A DNA stretch of 64,000 nt from Thermomonas sp. (GTDB lineage Bacteria; Pseudomonadota; Gammaproteobacteria; Xanthomonadales; Xanthomonadaceae). Positions 29,416 to 40,598 of this stretch are shown one piece after another (position 1 is the first letter of the stretch; each line of letters starts with the position of its first letter). The DNA lies in NCBI RefSeq assembly GCF_035369645.1, contig NZ_DAOOUM010000001.1:21491-85490 (forward strand), in the 5' to 3' direction. The notes beneath the pieces were generated by a model that saw only the letters and a list, made by a program, of their open reading frames with translations, had not been told where the DNA came from and ran no database searches. A program made the translations under genes and the position numbers.

Positions 29416-30525
29416 ATGAGCCGAAACCTCCTACCCTCACTCGCGGCGTTGTTGCTTGCTGCTTGCGCCGCCACACCGCCCAAGCCCGCGCCGGTTGCGC
29501 CGGTGCCAGCACCGCCGACTGTTGCCACAATCCCTGCAGGTACGCCAACGGCGATGCCAACCCGCGATACCCGTGCCGCGCGTGCCGAGTTTGTGCGAAG
29601 CACCGCGCAGCGCTTCAATATCCCGGCTGCCGACATCGAAGCGGTGTTGGCCCGCGCGCAAATTCGCGAACCCATCATCAAGGCGATGGCGCGCCCGGCG
29701 GAAGCCAAGCCGTGGCGTGATTACCGGCCCATCTTCATCCAGCCGTCGCGAATCGAGGCGGGGCGTGCGTTTCTCGAAAAAAATCGTGTCGCCTTGCAGC
29801 GCGCCGAAGATCAATACGGCGTGCCGAAGGAAATCATCACCGCAATCTTGGGTGTAGAAACCAGCTACGGCGGCAACAAGGGCAGCTACCCGGTCATCGA
29901 TGCACTCTACACACTGGCGTTTGCGTATCCGCGCAGCGGCAATCCTGAAAAGGTGGCATACGAGGACAAGCGGGAAGCATTCTTCCGCGATGAGCTGGCG
30001 CAATTATTCGCGCTGGGCAAGGAAGAAGGGTTTGACATCACCCAACTCAAAGGCAGTTATGCCGGCGCGATGGGCTGGGGCCAATTTATGCCGTCCAGCT
30101 ACCGCCAATACGCGGTGGATGGTGATGGCGATGGCAAGCGCGACTTGTTCAACGATTTGGACGATGTGTTTGCATCGGTGGCCAATTATTTTGCCAAGAA
30201 AGGCAAGTGGCAGCGTGACGGCAAGGTGATGGTGCCGGCGATGCGCACGGCAATGGCCAGTGATTTCATCAACCCCGGCAATGCGGTGACGCTAGATCAA
30301 ACCGTGCCGGGCTTGGCGGGGTTGGGCTATACCACCACCGCAGGGTTGACAGCGGCAGATACGGCGCAGCCGGTCAGCCTGATCACGTTAGACGGTGCGA
30401 CCGGGCCGGAGTATTGGGTGGTGTTCAATAACTTCAAGGCGATCACCACCTACAACATCTCGCGGCTGTACGCGACGGCGGTCTTCCAGTTGTCCGAGGC
30501 CATTGCCGGACGTGCCGTCCCATGA
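29416..30525 (+). CDS. mltB: Lytic murein transglycosylase B (lipoprotein)
   Basis: Lipobox LLLAA-C, catalytic AILGVETSYG, GSYAGAMGWGQFMPSSY, DGDGDGKRDL EF-hand-like loop. Confidence 0.93.
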   Translation: MSRNLLPSLAALLLAACAATPPKPAPVAPVPAPPTVATIPAGTPTAMPTRDTRAARAEFVRSTAQRFNIPAADIEAVLARAQIREPIIKAMARPAEAKPWRDYRPIFIQPSRIEAGRAFLEKNRVALQRAEDQYGVPKEIITAILGVETSYGGNKGSYPVIDALYTLAFAYPRSGNPEKVAYEDKREAFFRDELAQLFALGKEEGFDITQLKGSYAGAMGWGQFMPSSYRQYAVDGDGDGKRDLFNDLDDVFASVANYFAKKGKWQRDGKVMVPAMRTAMASDFINPGNAVTLDQTVPGLAGLGYTTTAGLTAADTAQPVSLITLDGATGPEYWVVFNNFKAITTYNISRLYATAVFQLSEAIAGRAVP

Positions 30526-31721
30526 GCCTGCGTGCGCTTTTGTTAGTTGCAATATCTTTGGGGTTGGCGGCCTGCGCCAGCACCGGGCCGGCCACGAAGG
30601 CTGCGCCAATCAGTCATGTGCCAGTGCCCAAGGCTGCCGGCATCCACAAGCCGCGGGTGTCGCCGTATGCGCCTGCGCAAGAGGACCTCTCCAAGCGCGG
30701 GGATTATGTGGCCGGTGGCTTGTTCCGGCCGGGGGTGTCGGACAGCGTTCCGGACGAGATTCCGGATGTGGATGCCATCCCCGAGCCCGAAGTCCGCGAT
30801 GAGCCGCGTGCGCGCACCGGCAATCGCGACTATGCCGTGCTGGGCAAGCAATACCGTGTGCTGGATAGCCATAGTGGCTATGTCGAAGAAGGCACCGCCT
30901 CGTACTACGGCAACAAGTTCCATGGCCGTCGCACGTCCAGCCAAGAGGTGTACGACATGTACGCCTTCACCGCGGCACACAAGACCTTGCCGCTGCCCAG
31001 TTTTGCACGGGTGACCAATCTGGAAAACGGCAATTCGGTGGTGGTGCGCATCAACGATCGCGGGCCCTTTCATCCCGGGCGCTTGATCGACCTCAGTTAT
31101 GCGGCGGCGGTGAAACTGGGGTATCGCAATAAAGGCAGTGCGCGGGTGCGGGTGGAGGCATTGCAGCCGGATACGGAAGCCGTCGCCGCCATTGACGCCG
31201 CGACCACCGCCGGCAAGAAGGTGGACACGCTGCCAACACCAAACCCGCCAGTGGCGAATGCACAGAGGATTGCCACAACGACGCCCGCGACTGCCGACAA
31301 TCGCTTCGACATGCACCAAAGCGGCCGCGCCATGCGTGCCGATGAATTTGATGCGTGGATGCAGTCGCGGCAGATCCGGGTAGCGACTGGAAAACCGAAG
31401 TTGCTGGCTGCGCCCGTGCCTGCGCCCGTGCCCGTGCCCGCCGCTGCCGGCAGCGCGGGTTTGCCGGTGGTCGCAGCCACGCCCGTGGCAGGCGAGGTTA
31501 CCCTGCAAGTGGCCAGCTTCGGCAATCAGCAAAATGCGCAGCACGCGCTGGGGTTGCTGCAAGGCGCGGCGATTACGCAGGCACAGTTGCAAGACGCCGA
31601 CGTGGGCGGCAAAAAAATCTGGCGGCTGCGTATTGGCCCGGTCAGTGAGGCCGCCACTGCGGAACTTGCGGCGCGCATCGTGGGTCTGGGTTTTGCGCAG
31701 CCGCAACGGGTCAAGTACTAA
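30522..31721 (+). CDS. rlpA: Septal lytic transglycosylase RlpA with SPOR domain
   Basis: Lipobox, GTASYYG, FTAAHKTLPLPS, VRINDRGPF, IDLSYAAA; C-terminal LQVASF...WRLRIGP SPOR. Confidence 0.94.
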   Translation: MSLRALLLVAISLGLAACASTGPATKAAPISHVPVPKAAGIHKPRVSPYAPAQEDLSKRGDYVAGGLFRPGVSDSVPDEIPDVDAIPEPEVRDEPRARTGNRDYAVLGKQYRVLDSHSGYVEEGTASYYGNKFHGRRTSSQEVYDMYAFTAAHKTLPLPSFARVTNLENGNSVVVRINDRGPFHPGRLIDLSYAAAVKLGYRNKGSARVRVEALQPDTEAVAAIDAATTAGKKVDTLPTPNPPVANAQRIATTTPATADNRFDMHQSGRAMRADEFDAWMQSRQIRVATGKPKLLAAPVPAPVPVPAAAGSAGLPVVAATPVAGEVTLQVASFGNQQNAQHALGLLQGAAITQAQLQDADVGGKKIWRLRIGPVSEAATAELAARIVGLGFAQPQRVKY

Positions 31722-31800
31722 TTGCGGCGTAAAATGCGCCATTGATTCTTACCTTTCGTGCTTTTTGCCGCGCTTGCGCGGTCACCCGGAGCTCTCGTTG

Positions 31801-33045
31801 ATGCACCCACGTTCGCTGCTATTTGTCGCCCTGGCTACGGCTGGTTTTACTTTGGGTTGTGGTTTGGCCGTTGCGCAAACACCGGTGCCCACACCCACGG
31901 TGGCCAAGCCCGTCGCCAAGCCTGCCGCCAAGCCTGCTGCATTGAGTGACGCCCTGCCCATCCCGGATGCGCCGGCCCCCAAGGTTAGCAAGGCATGGGT
32001 GGTGATGGATGCGGCCACCGGCCAAGTGTTGGCCGGTGAAAATGTGGACGCACAGGTTGAGCCGGCCAGTATCACCAAGGTGATGACCAGCTATGTCATC
32101 GCGGCGGAAATGGCGTCGGGCAAGATCAAGCCCACCGATCCGGTGATGATGAGCGAGCACGCTTGGCGCGAAGGTGGCGCTGCCACTGACGGCAGTTACA
32201 GCGGGTTTGAAGTCAACAAGACTGCGCCGCTGGTGGAAATGGAAAAAGGCATGGTGGTGCAGTCTGGTAACGATGCCGCGATTGCGCTGGCCGAACACGT
32301 GGCTGGCAGCTCGGAGGCGTTCGCCCAATTGATGAATGCCTATGCCAAGAAAATTGGCATGCAGCATTCCCACTTCGTCAATCCCACCGGTTTGTCGGCC
32401 GACGGTCACATCACCACTGCGCATGATTTGGCCCTGTTGGGACGCGCGCTGATTCGCGACTATCCAGCCACCTACGCCTACAACAAAATCAAGGAATTCA
32501 CCGTCGGCCCGATTACCCAACCCAACCGCAACTTGCTGCTGTGGCGTGACGCCTCGGTGGATGGCATCAAGACCGGCCACACCTCCAGTGCTGGGTATTG
32601 TTTGATGGCTTCGGCCATGCGTGGTGATCAACGCCTGATCAGTGTGGTGATGGGCGATAGCAGTGAAAACCAGCGCGCAGTGGACGCTCAAGCGCTGCTC
32701 AATTGGGGTTTCCGTTTCTACGAAACCCATAAGCTTTACGACGCCGACAAGCCAGTGCAAACCTTGAAGCTGTGGAAAGGTGCGACCGATGCGGTCAAGG
32801 TGGGCGTGATTGCGCCGTTGTTGGTGTCCACCCCGCGCGGCAAGTACGAGCAGCTGAAAGCCAGCATGGATCTGCCCAAGTCACTGGAAGCCCCGATCAG
32901 CAAGGGCCAGCGGATTGGTACGGTCAAGGTGATGTTTGACGGCAAACTCATTGCACAGGCCCCGCTGGTGGCGCTGGAGGCAGTGGAAGAGGGCGGCTTT
33001 TTCAAGCGGCTGTGGCATGACCTGCTGATGTGGTGGCAAGGATGA
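31801..33045 (+). CDS. dacA: D-alanyl-D-alanine carboxypeptidase (PBP5/6)
   Basis: EPASITKVM (SxxK), QSGNDA (SxN), GIKTGHTSSAGYCL (KTG). Confidence 0.93.
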   Translation: MHPRSLLFVALATAGFTLGCGLAVAQTPVPTPTVAKPVAKPAAKPAALSDALPIPDAPAPKVSKAWVVMDAATGQVLAGENVDAQVEPASITKVMTSYVIAAEMASGKIKPTDPVMMSEHAWREGGAATDGSYSGFEVNKTAPLVEMEKGMVVQSGNDAAIALAEHVAGSSEAFAQLMNAYAKKIGMQHSHFVNPTGLSADGHITTAHDLALLGRALIRDYPATYAYNKIKEFTVGPITQPNRNLLLWRDASVDGIKTGHTSSAGYCLMASAMRGDQRLISVVMGDSSENQRAVDAQALLNWGFRFYETHKLYDADKPVQTLKLWKGATDAVKVGVIAPLLVSTPRGKYEQLKASMDLPKSLEAPISKGQRIGTVKVMFDGKLIAQAPLVALEAVEEGGFFKRLWHDLLMWWQG

Positions 33046-33320
33046 GTGTGCACTCCGACAACCCCGAGCACGGGTTCCAGTTTCCTGGCACGTTCGAGCT
33101 ATCGGCAATGGGCTCTGCGGACAAACATCTGGAAAGTGACCTGCCGCAGCATTTGTTGGCGGCAGGCATCGATGTGCTGCACGAAGACGTGCGCTGGCGC
33201 CATTCCAGCAATGGCAAATATGTGTCGGTGCGGATTGCCTTCCGCGCCAACTCGCGTGAGGACTACGACCGCGCCCACGCCGCGCTGCGCGACCATCCGG
33301 AAGTGAAGTGGACGCTGTAG
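33042..33320 (+). CDS. ybeD: YbeD/DUF493 family protein
   Basis: [26 protein letters not shown]; position between dacA and lipB. Confidence 0.9.
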   Translation: MSVHSDNPEHGFQFPGTFELSAMGSADKHLESDLPQHLLAAGIDVLHEDVRWRHSSNGKYVSVRIAFRANSREDYDRAHAALRDHPEVKWTL

Positions 33321-33961
33321 TTCGTGACCTTGCCCGGCACGCGTATGCGCCGGTATGGCAGGCGATGCAAGCATTCACCGATGCCCGCAACGAGGCCACA
33401 CCCGATGAGTTGTGGCTGGTCGAGCACGACCCGATTTTTACCCTTGGCCAAGCCGGCAAGCCCGAACATGTGCTGATGCCGGGCGACATCCCGGTGCTGC
33501 ATGTGGATCGCGGCGGGCAGGTGACCTATCACGGTCCCGGGCAGTTGGTGGCCTACCCGCTGTTGGATCTCAAACGCCTGAAAATCGGCGTGCGCGACTA
33601 CGTGTGCAGAATCGAGCAAGCCATCATCGACACACTGGACACCTGGAATATCGGTGCGACACGTCAAGCCGGCGCGCCGGGTGTGTATGTCAACGGTGCC
33701 AAAATCGCCGCGCTGGGGATTCGCGTGCGTCGTGGTTGCAGCTTTCACGGGCTGGCCTTCAATATCACCGGTGAATGTACGCCGCCATTTGCACGCATCA
33801 ACCCCTGCGGCTATGCCGGGCTGCACGTGGTGGCGTTGGATGACTTGGGCGGCCCCGCCGCGCTGGATGCGGTCAAGCCCGTGCTACTGGCGCAGCTGGG
33901 CAAGCAATTTGGCCTGCACTGGCAGCCGCAAGCCGATCTGCCGCCGCAATTGGTGGCTTGA
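33308..33961 (+). CDS. lipB: Octanoyltransferase LipB
   Basis: [55 protein letters not shown]. Confidence 0.96.
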   Translation: MDAVVRDLARHAYAPVWQAMQAFTDARNEATPDELWLVEHDPIFTLGQAGKPEHVLMPGDIPVLHVDRGGQVTYHGPGQLVAYPLLDLKRLKIGVRDYVCRIEQAIIDTLDTWNIGATRQAGAPGVYVNGAKIAALGIRVRRGCSFHGLAFNITGECTPPFARINPCGYAGLHVVALDDLGGPAALDAVKPVLLAQLGKQFGLHWQPQADLPPQLVA

Positions 33962-34010
33962 TCCTGTCTCTGCACACAACTCCGTGCACGATGTGCGCGA
34001 TAATTGCGGG

Positions 34011-35027
34011 ATGAACACCACCCCCCGCAATATTCCGCTGGCCGTTGTCGATAGCCTTGCCCACAACGACCATGCCTCCCTTGAGCCCGGTGCGCGTCAA
34101 GTTGCCGGCGACAAAATCAACCGCTCGCCGGTGCAATTTGCCGACGCGCCGGTGTTGCGCAAACCCAGTTGGATCCGGGTACGCATCCCCTCCGGGAATG
34201 CGGTGCAGGCACTGAAGTCCAAGCTGCGTGAAAACCGCTTGGTGACGGTGTGTGAAGACGCCAGTTGTCCCAATATCCACGAATGTTTCAGCCATGGCAC
34301 CGCCACGTTCATGGTGATGGGCGATGTGTGTACGCGGCGCTGTAGTTTTTGTGATGTCGCGCATGGCCGGCCCAAGCCCTTGGATGCCGGCGAGCCGTTG
34401 CGTTTGGCGCGCACCGTGGCCGATATGGGCTTGAAGTATGTGGTGATCACCAGTGTCGATCGCGATGATCTGCGTGATGGCGGCGCCCAGCATTTCGTCG
34501 ATTGCATCCGCGAAACCCGCGCCGCCGCGCCGGGGATCCGCATCGAAATTTTGACCCCGGATTTCCGTGGCAAAGGCCGCATGGATCGCGCGCTGGAGAT
34601 TTTGGCCAGCGATCCGCCGGACGTGTTCAACCACAACATCGAAACCGTGCCCGATCTGTATCGCAATGTGCGCCCGGGTGCCGACTACCAGTGGTCGCTG
34701 ACCTTGCTGCAAAAATTCAAAGCGCAGCACCCCAGCATCCCCACCAAATCCGGGATCATGCTGGGGCTGGGCGAGACCATGGAGCAGGTGCAAGCCACCT
34801 TGCGCGACCTGCGTGCGCATGACGTGGAAATGGTCACCATCGGTCAGTATTTGCAGCCCAGCGCGCACCATCACCCGGTATTGCGCTACTGGACGCCGGA
34901 GGAGTTCCAAGCACTGGCCGATTACGGCGATGCTTTGGGCTTTGCGCATGTGGCGTCGGGGCCAATGGTGCGCTCCAGCTACCACGCCGATCGCCAAGCT
35001 GCCGAGCGGTTGGGCGCGGGCGGCTAA
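34011..35027 (+). CDS. lipA: Lipoyl synthase
   Basis: [44 protein letters not shown]. Confidence 0.97.
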   Translation: MNTTPRNIPLAVVDSLAHNDHASLEPGARQVAGDKINRSPVQFADAPVLRKPSWIRVRIPSGNAVQALKSKLRENRLVTVCEDASCPNIHECFSHGTATFMVMGDVCTRRCSFCDVAHGRPKPLDAGEPLRLARTVADMGLKYVVITSVDRDDLRDGGAQHFVDCIRETRAAAPGIRIEILTPDFRGKGRMDRALEILASDPPDVFNHNIETVPDLYRNVRPGADYQWSLTLLQKFKAQHPSIPTKSGIMLGLGETMEQVQATLRDLRAHDVEMVTIGQYLQPSAHHHPVLRYWTPEEFQALADYGDALGFAHVASGPMVRSSYHADRQAAERLGAGG

Positions 35028-35177
35028 GCCTGCGCTTGCGGTAAGCGTTCACCCAGCACCGGCGCCAGCGGTTACAGTGGATGCAACGCAGTGGTGCAAC
35101 TTCTAGCACTGGTGCGCGGTCGCAGCTTTGGCCATTCTGCCTGTCACCCTGATGCGGCCCCACGCCGTGGAATTTCG

Positions 35178-37361
35178 ATGAAGCATACCCGCCCCTTGCT
35201 TGCCCTCTCCCTTGGTTTGGCCCTGACCGCGCCGTTGGCGTTGTTGGCTGCCAGTGGCGATATCGCCCTGCCCGCAGGTCCGACCAAAGACCAGTCCACC
35301 ACCGCACGCATGGTGTTCGGGCTGCTGTCCGATAGCCGCTATGCGTACCGCCCGCGCGCACTGGACGATGCGCTATCGCGGGAAATTCTGACCGAATATT
35401 TGAAGACGCTGGACCCGGGCAAGGTGTTTTTGACCGCACAAGACGTGGCCGGTTTCGACAAATACGCCACCACGTTGGATGACGCGATCAAAACCGGGCA
35501 GGTGGATCCGGCGTGGGCGATTTTTGCGCTGTATCGGCAACGGGTGGATGAACGCATTAGCTATGCGCGCAAATTGCTCAAGGGCGATTTTGATTTCAGC
35601 AAGGACGAGCGCTATTCCTACGACCGGAAAGATGCGCCGTGGGCCGATAGCGCAGCGATCGAGGCGCTGTGGCGGCAGTCGGTGAAAAACGATTGGCTGC
35701 GCCTGCGTTTGGCAGGCAAACCGGCCGACGAGATCCGTAAGACGCTGGACAAGCGTTACGCCAATTTGTTGACCAGCGTGCAGCAGTTGAAGGGCGATGA
35801 AGTGTTTCAGAGCTTCATGAATGCCTACACCGGCAGTATTGATCCGCATACCGACTACATGAATCCGCGCAGCGCGGAAAACTTCAACATGCAGATGTCC
35901 AATTCGTTGGAGGGCATCGGTGCGGTGTTGTTCCGCCAGGACGATGTGGTGGTGGTGCGCGAAATGGTGCCGGGTGGCCCGGCGGCACGCAGCGGCAGGC
36001 TCAAGCCTGGCGATCGCGTGGTGGGCGTTGGGCAGGGTGTCTCTGGCGAGATGAAAGATGTGATCGGCTGGCGCATCGACGATGTGGTGCAGTTGATCCG
36101 TGGTGCTGCCAATACCCAAGTGCGGCTGGACGTGGTGCCGGCAGAAGCACCGCTGGACAGCAAGCCGCAACTGGTCACCATCACCCGCGCCAAAGTGCGT
36201 TTGGAAGATGCGCGTGCCAAGGCCGAAACGATTGTGGTGCCAACCGCCGGAAACCAGCCGGCGCGGCGGATCGGGGTGATCAAACTGCCCGGCTTCTATC
36301 AGGATTTTGAAGCCCGCCGGCGTGGTGACAAAACCTATGCCTCGGCCACCCGCGACGTGGCCAAGATGCTGGCCGATTTCCGCGCGCAAAAAGTGGATGG
36401 CGTGGTCTTGGATTTGCGCGGCAATGGCGGCGGCTCACTCAGTGAAGCGGTGGAGCTGACCGGCTTGTTTATCGATAAGGGCCCGGTGGTGCAGGTGCGC
36501 GAATCCGGCGGCAAGGTCAGCGTGCAATACGACCAAGACGCGGGCGTGGCATGGGATGGGCCGCTAGCGGTGTTGGTCAATCGCGGCTCGGCGTCGGCTT
36601 CGGAAATTGTGGCCGGTGCCATCAAGGATTACGGGCGCGGCTTGATCATCGGTGAAACCACCTTCGGCAAAGGCACCGTGCAAACCATGGTGGACCTGGA
36701 TCGTTGGCCAGCCAATGAAAAACCGCGTTTTGGCGAAGTCAAACTGACCGTGGCGCAATTTTTCCGCCCGGATGGCAGCAGCACCCAGAACAAGGGTGTA
36801 GAGCCCGACGTGGCATTCCCGGCCAGCGTGGATGCCAGCGAGTTTGGCGAAAGCACCTATCCCAATGCACTGCCGTGGACCCGCATTGCGGCGGCAGCGC
36901 ATGTGCGCTACGGCAACTTCACCCCGTTGCTTCCGCAATTGGATGCCTTGCACGCGGCGCGCGCAGCCAAGGATGTGGAATACCAATGGTGGGTTGAAGA
37001 TGTGCGCAAGTACCGCGAGGAAACGGCGAAAAAATCCATTTCCTTGAACGAAGCCGAACGCCGCGCCGAGCGTGACAAATTTGATGCGCAAAGCAAGCAG
37101 CGTGCGGAACTGCGCAAGCAACTGGGCATCAACCAAGACCCGCTGTTGGCGGCCCGCACCGATGATGGTTTGACCGCCGATGAGCGCAATGTGGCCGATT
37201 CCGTGGCCCGCGAAGAAGCCGCCAAAAAGCAGACCGACCCGCTACTGCGTGAATCGGCCGCGATCTTGGGCGACACCATCGGCCTGCTGGGTAAGGATGC
37301 AAAGCTGGCCGCACAGGTGCTACCGGCCACACATAACGCGGCGGGGCATTGGGCCGATTAA
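35178..37361 (+). CDS. prc: Carboxy-terminal processing (tail-specific) protease, S41
   Basis: DPHTDYM, LEGIGAVL, PDZ, LDLRGNGGGSL, SASASEIVAGA, TFGKGTVQ. Confidence 0.94.
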   Translation: MKHTRPLLALSLGLALTAPLALLAASGDIALPAGPTKDQSTTARMVFGLLSDSRYAYRPRALDDALSREILTEYLKTLDPGKVFLTAQDVAGFDKYATTLDDAIKTGQVDPAWAIFALYRQRVDERISYARKLLKGDFDFSKDERYSYDRKDAPWADSAAIEALWRQSVKNDWLRLRLAGKPADEIRKTLDKRYANLLTSVQQLKGDEVFQSFMNAYTGSIDPHTDYMNPRSAENFNMQMSNSLEGIGAVLFRQDDVVVVREMVPGGPAARSGRLKPGDRVVGVGQGVSGEMKDVIGWRIDDVVQLIRGAANTQVRLDVVPAEAPLDSKPQLVTITRAKVRLEDARAKAETIVVPTAGNQPARRIGVIKLPGFYQDFEARRRGDKTYASATRDVAKMLADFRAQKVDGVVLDLRGNGGGSLSEAVELTGLFIDKGPVVQVRESGGKVSVQYDQDAGVAWDGPLAVLVNRGSASASEIVAGAIKDYGRGLIIGETTFGKGTVQTMVDLDRWPANEKPRFGEVKLTVAQFFRPDGSSTQNKGVEPDVAFPASVDASEFGESTYPNALPWTRIAAAAHVRYGNFTPLLPQLDALHAARAAKDVEYQWWVEDVRKYREETAKKSISLNEAERRAERDKFDAQSKQRAELRKQLGINQDPLLAARTDDGLTADERNVADSVAREEAAKKQTDPLLRESAAILGDTIGLLGKDAKLAAQVLPATHNAAGHWAD

Positions 37362-37395
37362 GGCGCGTCGCATCCCCATTTTCATGTCATAAACA

Positions 37396-37415
37396 CGGGC
37401 ACCTTCGGGTGCCCG
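37396..37415 (+). terminator. Hairpin with C(UUCG)G tetraloop after prc
   Basis: CGGGCACC-TTCG-GGTGCCCG. Confidence 0.6.
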
Positions 37416-37436
37416 CGCTGTCTGCAAGGTTTGCCC

Positions 37437-38345
37437 ATGTCTACCGCATCGTCGTCGCTTTCTTCCACCGCTACCGCCAGTGTGCCGCTGGCACTGGCGG
37501 CGGTGTATGTCATTTGGGGTTCAACCTATCTGGCGATTCGCTTCGCGTTGGAAGGTGGCTTTCCGCCCTTCCTGTTGGGCGGTGTGCGCTTTGTGATCGC
37601 CGGTGGGTTGATGTACGCCTTCCTGCGCTGGCGTGGGGTGGCGGCACCTAGCGGTGCGCAGTGGCGCAATTTGGCGGTGATGGGGGCGTTGCTGTTGTTG
37701 ATGGGAAACGGCCTGGTCAATTACGGTGAAAAAACCGTGTCATCGGGGATGACCGCAGTCATCGTGTCGTCATCGGCGCTGTGGATGGGAGTGTTTGCGG
37801 CGCTGCGCGGGCAGCGGCCCAGCCTGCTGGAATGGGCAGGCTTGGTGATTGGATTTTTGGGCGTGCTATGGCTGAGTGCGGGCGGCAGTTTGGCCGGCAC
37901 GCCGCTGGGTTTGGCCGCCTTGTTACTGGCATCCATCGCGTGGTCGTTTGGTTCGATCTGGAGCAAGGGTCGCGATTTGCCATCCCCCTTCATGACCGCC
38001 GCTGGGCAAATGGTGTGTGGCGGCATCGCGATGTGCATCGTGGGTGCAGCACTGGGTGAGCGCTTTCACGGACTGCCCACGGCGCATGCCATCGGTGCGT
38101 TCTGGTATTTGGTGGTGCTGGGTTCGTGGACGGGGTTTTCGGCCTACGTCTGGCTGCTGCACCACGTGCGCCCGGCGCTGGCCACCAGTTATGCCTACGT
38201 CAACCCGGCGATTGCGGTGCTGCTGGGTGCGTGGCTGGCGCATGAGCACTTCGGCCTGCGGGAATTGGTGGCGATGGGCGTCATTTTGTTTGGTGTGGTG
38301 CTGATCACCTTGGCCAAGGCACGGCAGCCGAAGGCGGCGGCATGA
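37437..38345 (+). CDS. yedA: EamA/DMT transporter, YedA-like
   Basis: VYVIWGSTYLAIR, GGVRFVIAGG, ATSYAYVNPAIAVLLG; about 10 TM segments. Confidence 0.85.
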   Translation: MSTASSSLSSTATASVPLALAAVYVIWGSTYLAIRFALEGGFPPFLLGGVRFVIAGGLMYAFLRWRGVAAPSGAQWRNLAVMGALLLLMGNGLVNYGEKTVSSGMTAVIVSSSALWMGVFAALRGQRPSLLEWAGLVIGFLGVLWLSAGGSLAGTPLGLAALLLASIAWSFGSIWSKGRDLPSPFMTAAGQMVCGGIAMCIVGAALGERFHGLPTAHAIGAFWYLVVLGSWTGFSAYVWLLHHVRPALATSYAYVNPAIAVLLGAWLAHEHFGLRELVAMGVILFGVVLITLAKARQPKAAA

Positions 38346-39268
38346 GTACCAGTACCGGTGCACTGGATCGGCGCGGGGTGTGGATTGCGGTTGCCGCCTA
38401 CGTGGCCTGGGGGTTGATGCCGCTGTACTGGCATTTGCTGAAGGTGGTGCCGTCGATGCAGATCATGGCGCACCGGGTGGTCTGGAGTGCGCTGCTGGTC
38501 TGCGGTTGGCTGGGCATCAAATACGGGCATGGTTGGCTGCGCGAAACCCTGTCGCGCCCGCGCGCCACCGCGTTGCTGGCATTCAGTGGCGTGCTGATCG
38601 CGTTCAACTGGGGCTTGTACATCTGGGCGGTGAATGCGGGCCACGTGGTGGAATCCGCGCTGGGCTATTTCATCAACCCATTGTTCAGCGTGATGCTGGG
38701 GGTGCTGGTGTTGCACGAGCGCCTCAACCGCGTGCAGTGGCTGTCGGTGGCCATTGCCGCCATCGGCGTGCTGTGGTTGACGTTGAATTACGGCGGCTTT
38801 CCGTGGATTGCGCTGGCGCTGGCGGCATCGTTTGGCCTCTATGGCCTGGTGCGCAAATTGCTGGGGGCACCACCGGTGCGTGGGCTGGGCGTGGAAAACC
38901 TATTTCTGCTGCTGCCGGCACTGCTCTATCTGGGCTACATGGAAAGCGCGGGGCAGGGTCATTTGCTCACGCATGGCGATGCTGCTTCGTGGGGGCCGCG
39001 CGTGCTTGGCCTGTTGGTGTTTGGCGGCGTGCTGACTGCGCTACCGCTGATCGGGTTTGCAGCGGCGGTGCAGCGCATCCCGTATTCGCTGGTGGGCTTG
39101 CTGCAATACATCTCGCCCACGCTGCAATTGCTGGTGGGCGTGCTGGTGCTGGGTGAGCCGTTTGGGCGTGAGCGCGCCATCGGGTTTGCCTTCATCTGGG
39201 CGGCGTTGGCGCTGTATGCCGGCGATGGCCTGCTACGTGCGCGACGCAGCAGGCTTGCTATCGCTTGA
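38342..39268 (+). CDS. rarD: EamA-family transporter RarD
   Basis: YVAWGLMPLYW, AHRVVWS, NWGLYIWAVNAGHVVESALGYFINPL, LLQYISPTLQ. Confidence 0.92.
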   Translation: MSTSTGALDRRGVWIAVAAYVAWGLMPLYWHLLKVVPSMQIMAHRVVWSALLVCGWLGIKYGHGWLRETLSRPRATALLAFSGVLIAFNWGLYIWAVNAGHVVESALGYFINPLFSVMLGVLVLHERLNRVQWLSVAIAAIGVLWLTLNYGGFPWIALALAASFGLYGLVRKLLGAPPVRGLGVENLFLLLPALLYLGYMESAGQGHLLTHGDAASWGPRVLGLLVFGGVLTALPLIGFAAAVQRIPYSLVGLLQYISPTLQLLVGVLVLGEPFGRERAIGFAFIWAALALYAGDGLLRARRSRLAIA

Positions 39269-39277
39269 TACACGCGC

Positions 39278-40585
39278 TCACGCCGCGCGCAGCGCCTCGG
39301 TCACCGGCAGCCGCGCGGCACGCAGCGCCGGGAACAAGCCACCCACCAGGCCAATACCAAGTGCCCATTTCAAGCCACTCCACGCAAGCTCCGGGGTGAC
39401 TTTGAACTGAAACACCACTTGGCTGAAGTTGTTGCCCAAGGTGCTGACGGTATAGCCGTTGAACAGCAGCCACGCGATGGCACCGCCGGCAAGCCCGCCT
39501 AGCAGGGCCAGCAGCATGGTTTCCAACATCACCGCGGTGACCACCGGCAGGCCACGAAAGCCAATCGCACGCAGGGTGGCGATTTCACGCGCGCGCCCGG
39601 CCACGGCGGCGTACATGCTGTTGAGTGCGCCAAACACCGCGCCAATCGCCATAATCGCGCCAATCACCGTGCCCAAGATTTTGATCAGCTTGGTCAGAGC
39701 CTCGGACTGCTTGCTGTAGTAATCGTGGGTGGTGGCGATATCCAGTTTCAGGCGCGGGTCGGCGGCCAGTGCGGCCTTGAGTTGCTTGAAGCCGCGCTTG
39801 CCGTCCAGCTTCACTGTCATCGACTGATACGCCTGCCGCTGATATGCCGGGCCCAGCACATCGGCATCGGTCCACAGTTCGGAATCATGCGAATCGTTGG
39901 CCGCAAACACACCAACAATCGTCCATTGCTGATTGGCCAATTTGAGTTGCTTGCCCACCGCGATATCACGAAATTGTCGCTGTGCGCCTTTGCCCACCAC
40001 GATTTCGCGTAGGCCGGGGGTAAATTTACGGCCCTGCACGATCTTCAACTGCGGGCGCAGCGCCCAAGCTTCCGGGCCCACCCCACGGAACTGCACATTG
40101 ACATCGCTGCCATCATTCTTGCTGGCCAGATTGACCACCTGTGATAACTCAGGCGAGGTAATCGGCTTGCCGTCTTTGGCATGCGCGATACCGGGCAGTG
40201 CGCCGATTAGCGGGGCTTGGTCGCGGGTAATCACCGAATTGGTTTCGGCTTGTGAGCCGGCGCGCAGCAAGATTGCGGTGTCATCGCTGCCGGTTTGATT
40301 GAGCGTGGCCTTGAAGCCTTCGCCCATCGCCAGCATCGCCACCAACACCCCCACCACACCGGCAATGCCCACCACGATCACCAGCGATGCACCCCAGCGC
40401 TGCGGCAAACTGGCAATCCCAATTTTGGTGGCCTCGCGGGCCAGCCGCCCGCTGCGGGTGACAACCATCCACAGTGCAATGGCAGCACATAGCGCCAACA
40501 CAAGCTGCCATGGCAACACGATCCACGCGGCCAGTGCGGCCAACAGCAGTACCAGGCTGAGCAGGCTAGAGAAGAAGCGTTTCAT
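39278..40585 (-). CDS. MacB/FtsX-like ABC permease
   Basis: Periplasmic MacB-like domain, REIATLRAIGF motif, extra N-terminal TM hairpin. Confidence 0.88.
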   Translation of the reverse strand: MKRFFSSLLSLVLLLAALAAWIVLPWQLVLALCAAIALWMVVTRSGRLAREATKIGIASLPQRWGASLVIVVGIAGVVGVLVAMLAMGEGFKATLNQTGSDDTAILLRAGSQAETNSVITRDQAPLIGALPGIAHAKDGKPITSPELSQVVNLASKNDGSDVNVQFRGVGPEAWALRPQLKIVQGRKFTPGLREIVVGKGAQRQFRDIAVGKQLKLANQQWTIVGVFAANDSHDSELWTDADVLGPAYQRQAYQSMTVKLDGKRGFKQLKAALAADPRLKLDIATTHDYYSKQSEALTKLIKILGTVIGAIMAIGAVFGALNSMYAAVAGRAREIATLRAIGFRGLPVVTAVMLETMLLALLGGLAGGAIAWLLFNGYTVSTLGNNFSQVVFQFKVTPELAWSGLKWALGIGLVGGLFPALRAARLPVTEALRAA

Positions 40586-40598
40586 CTGATGTGTCTCC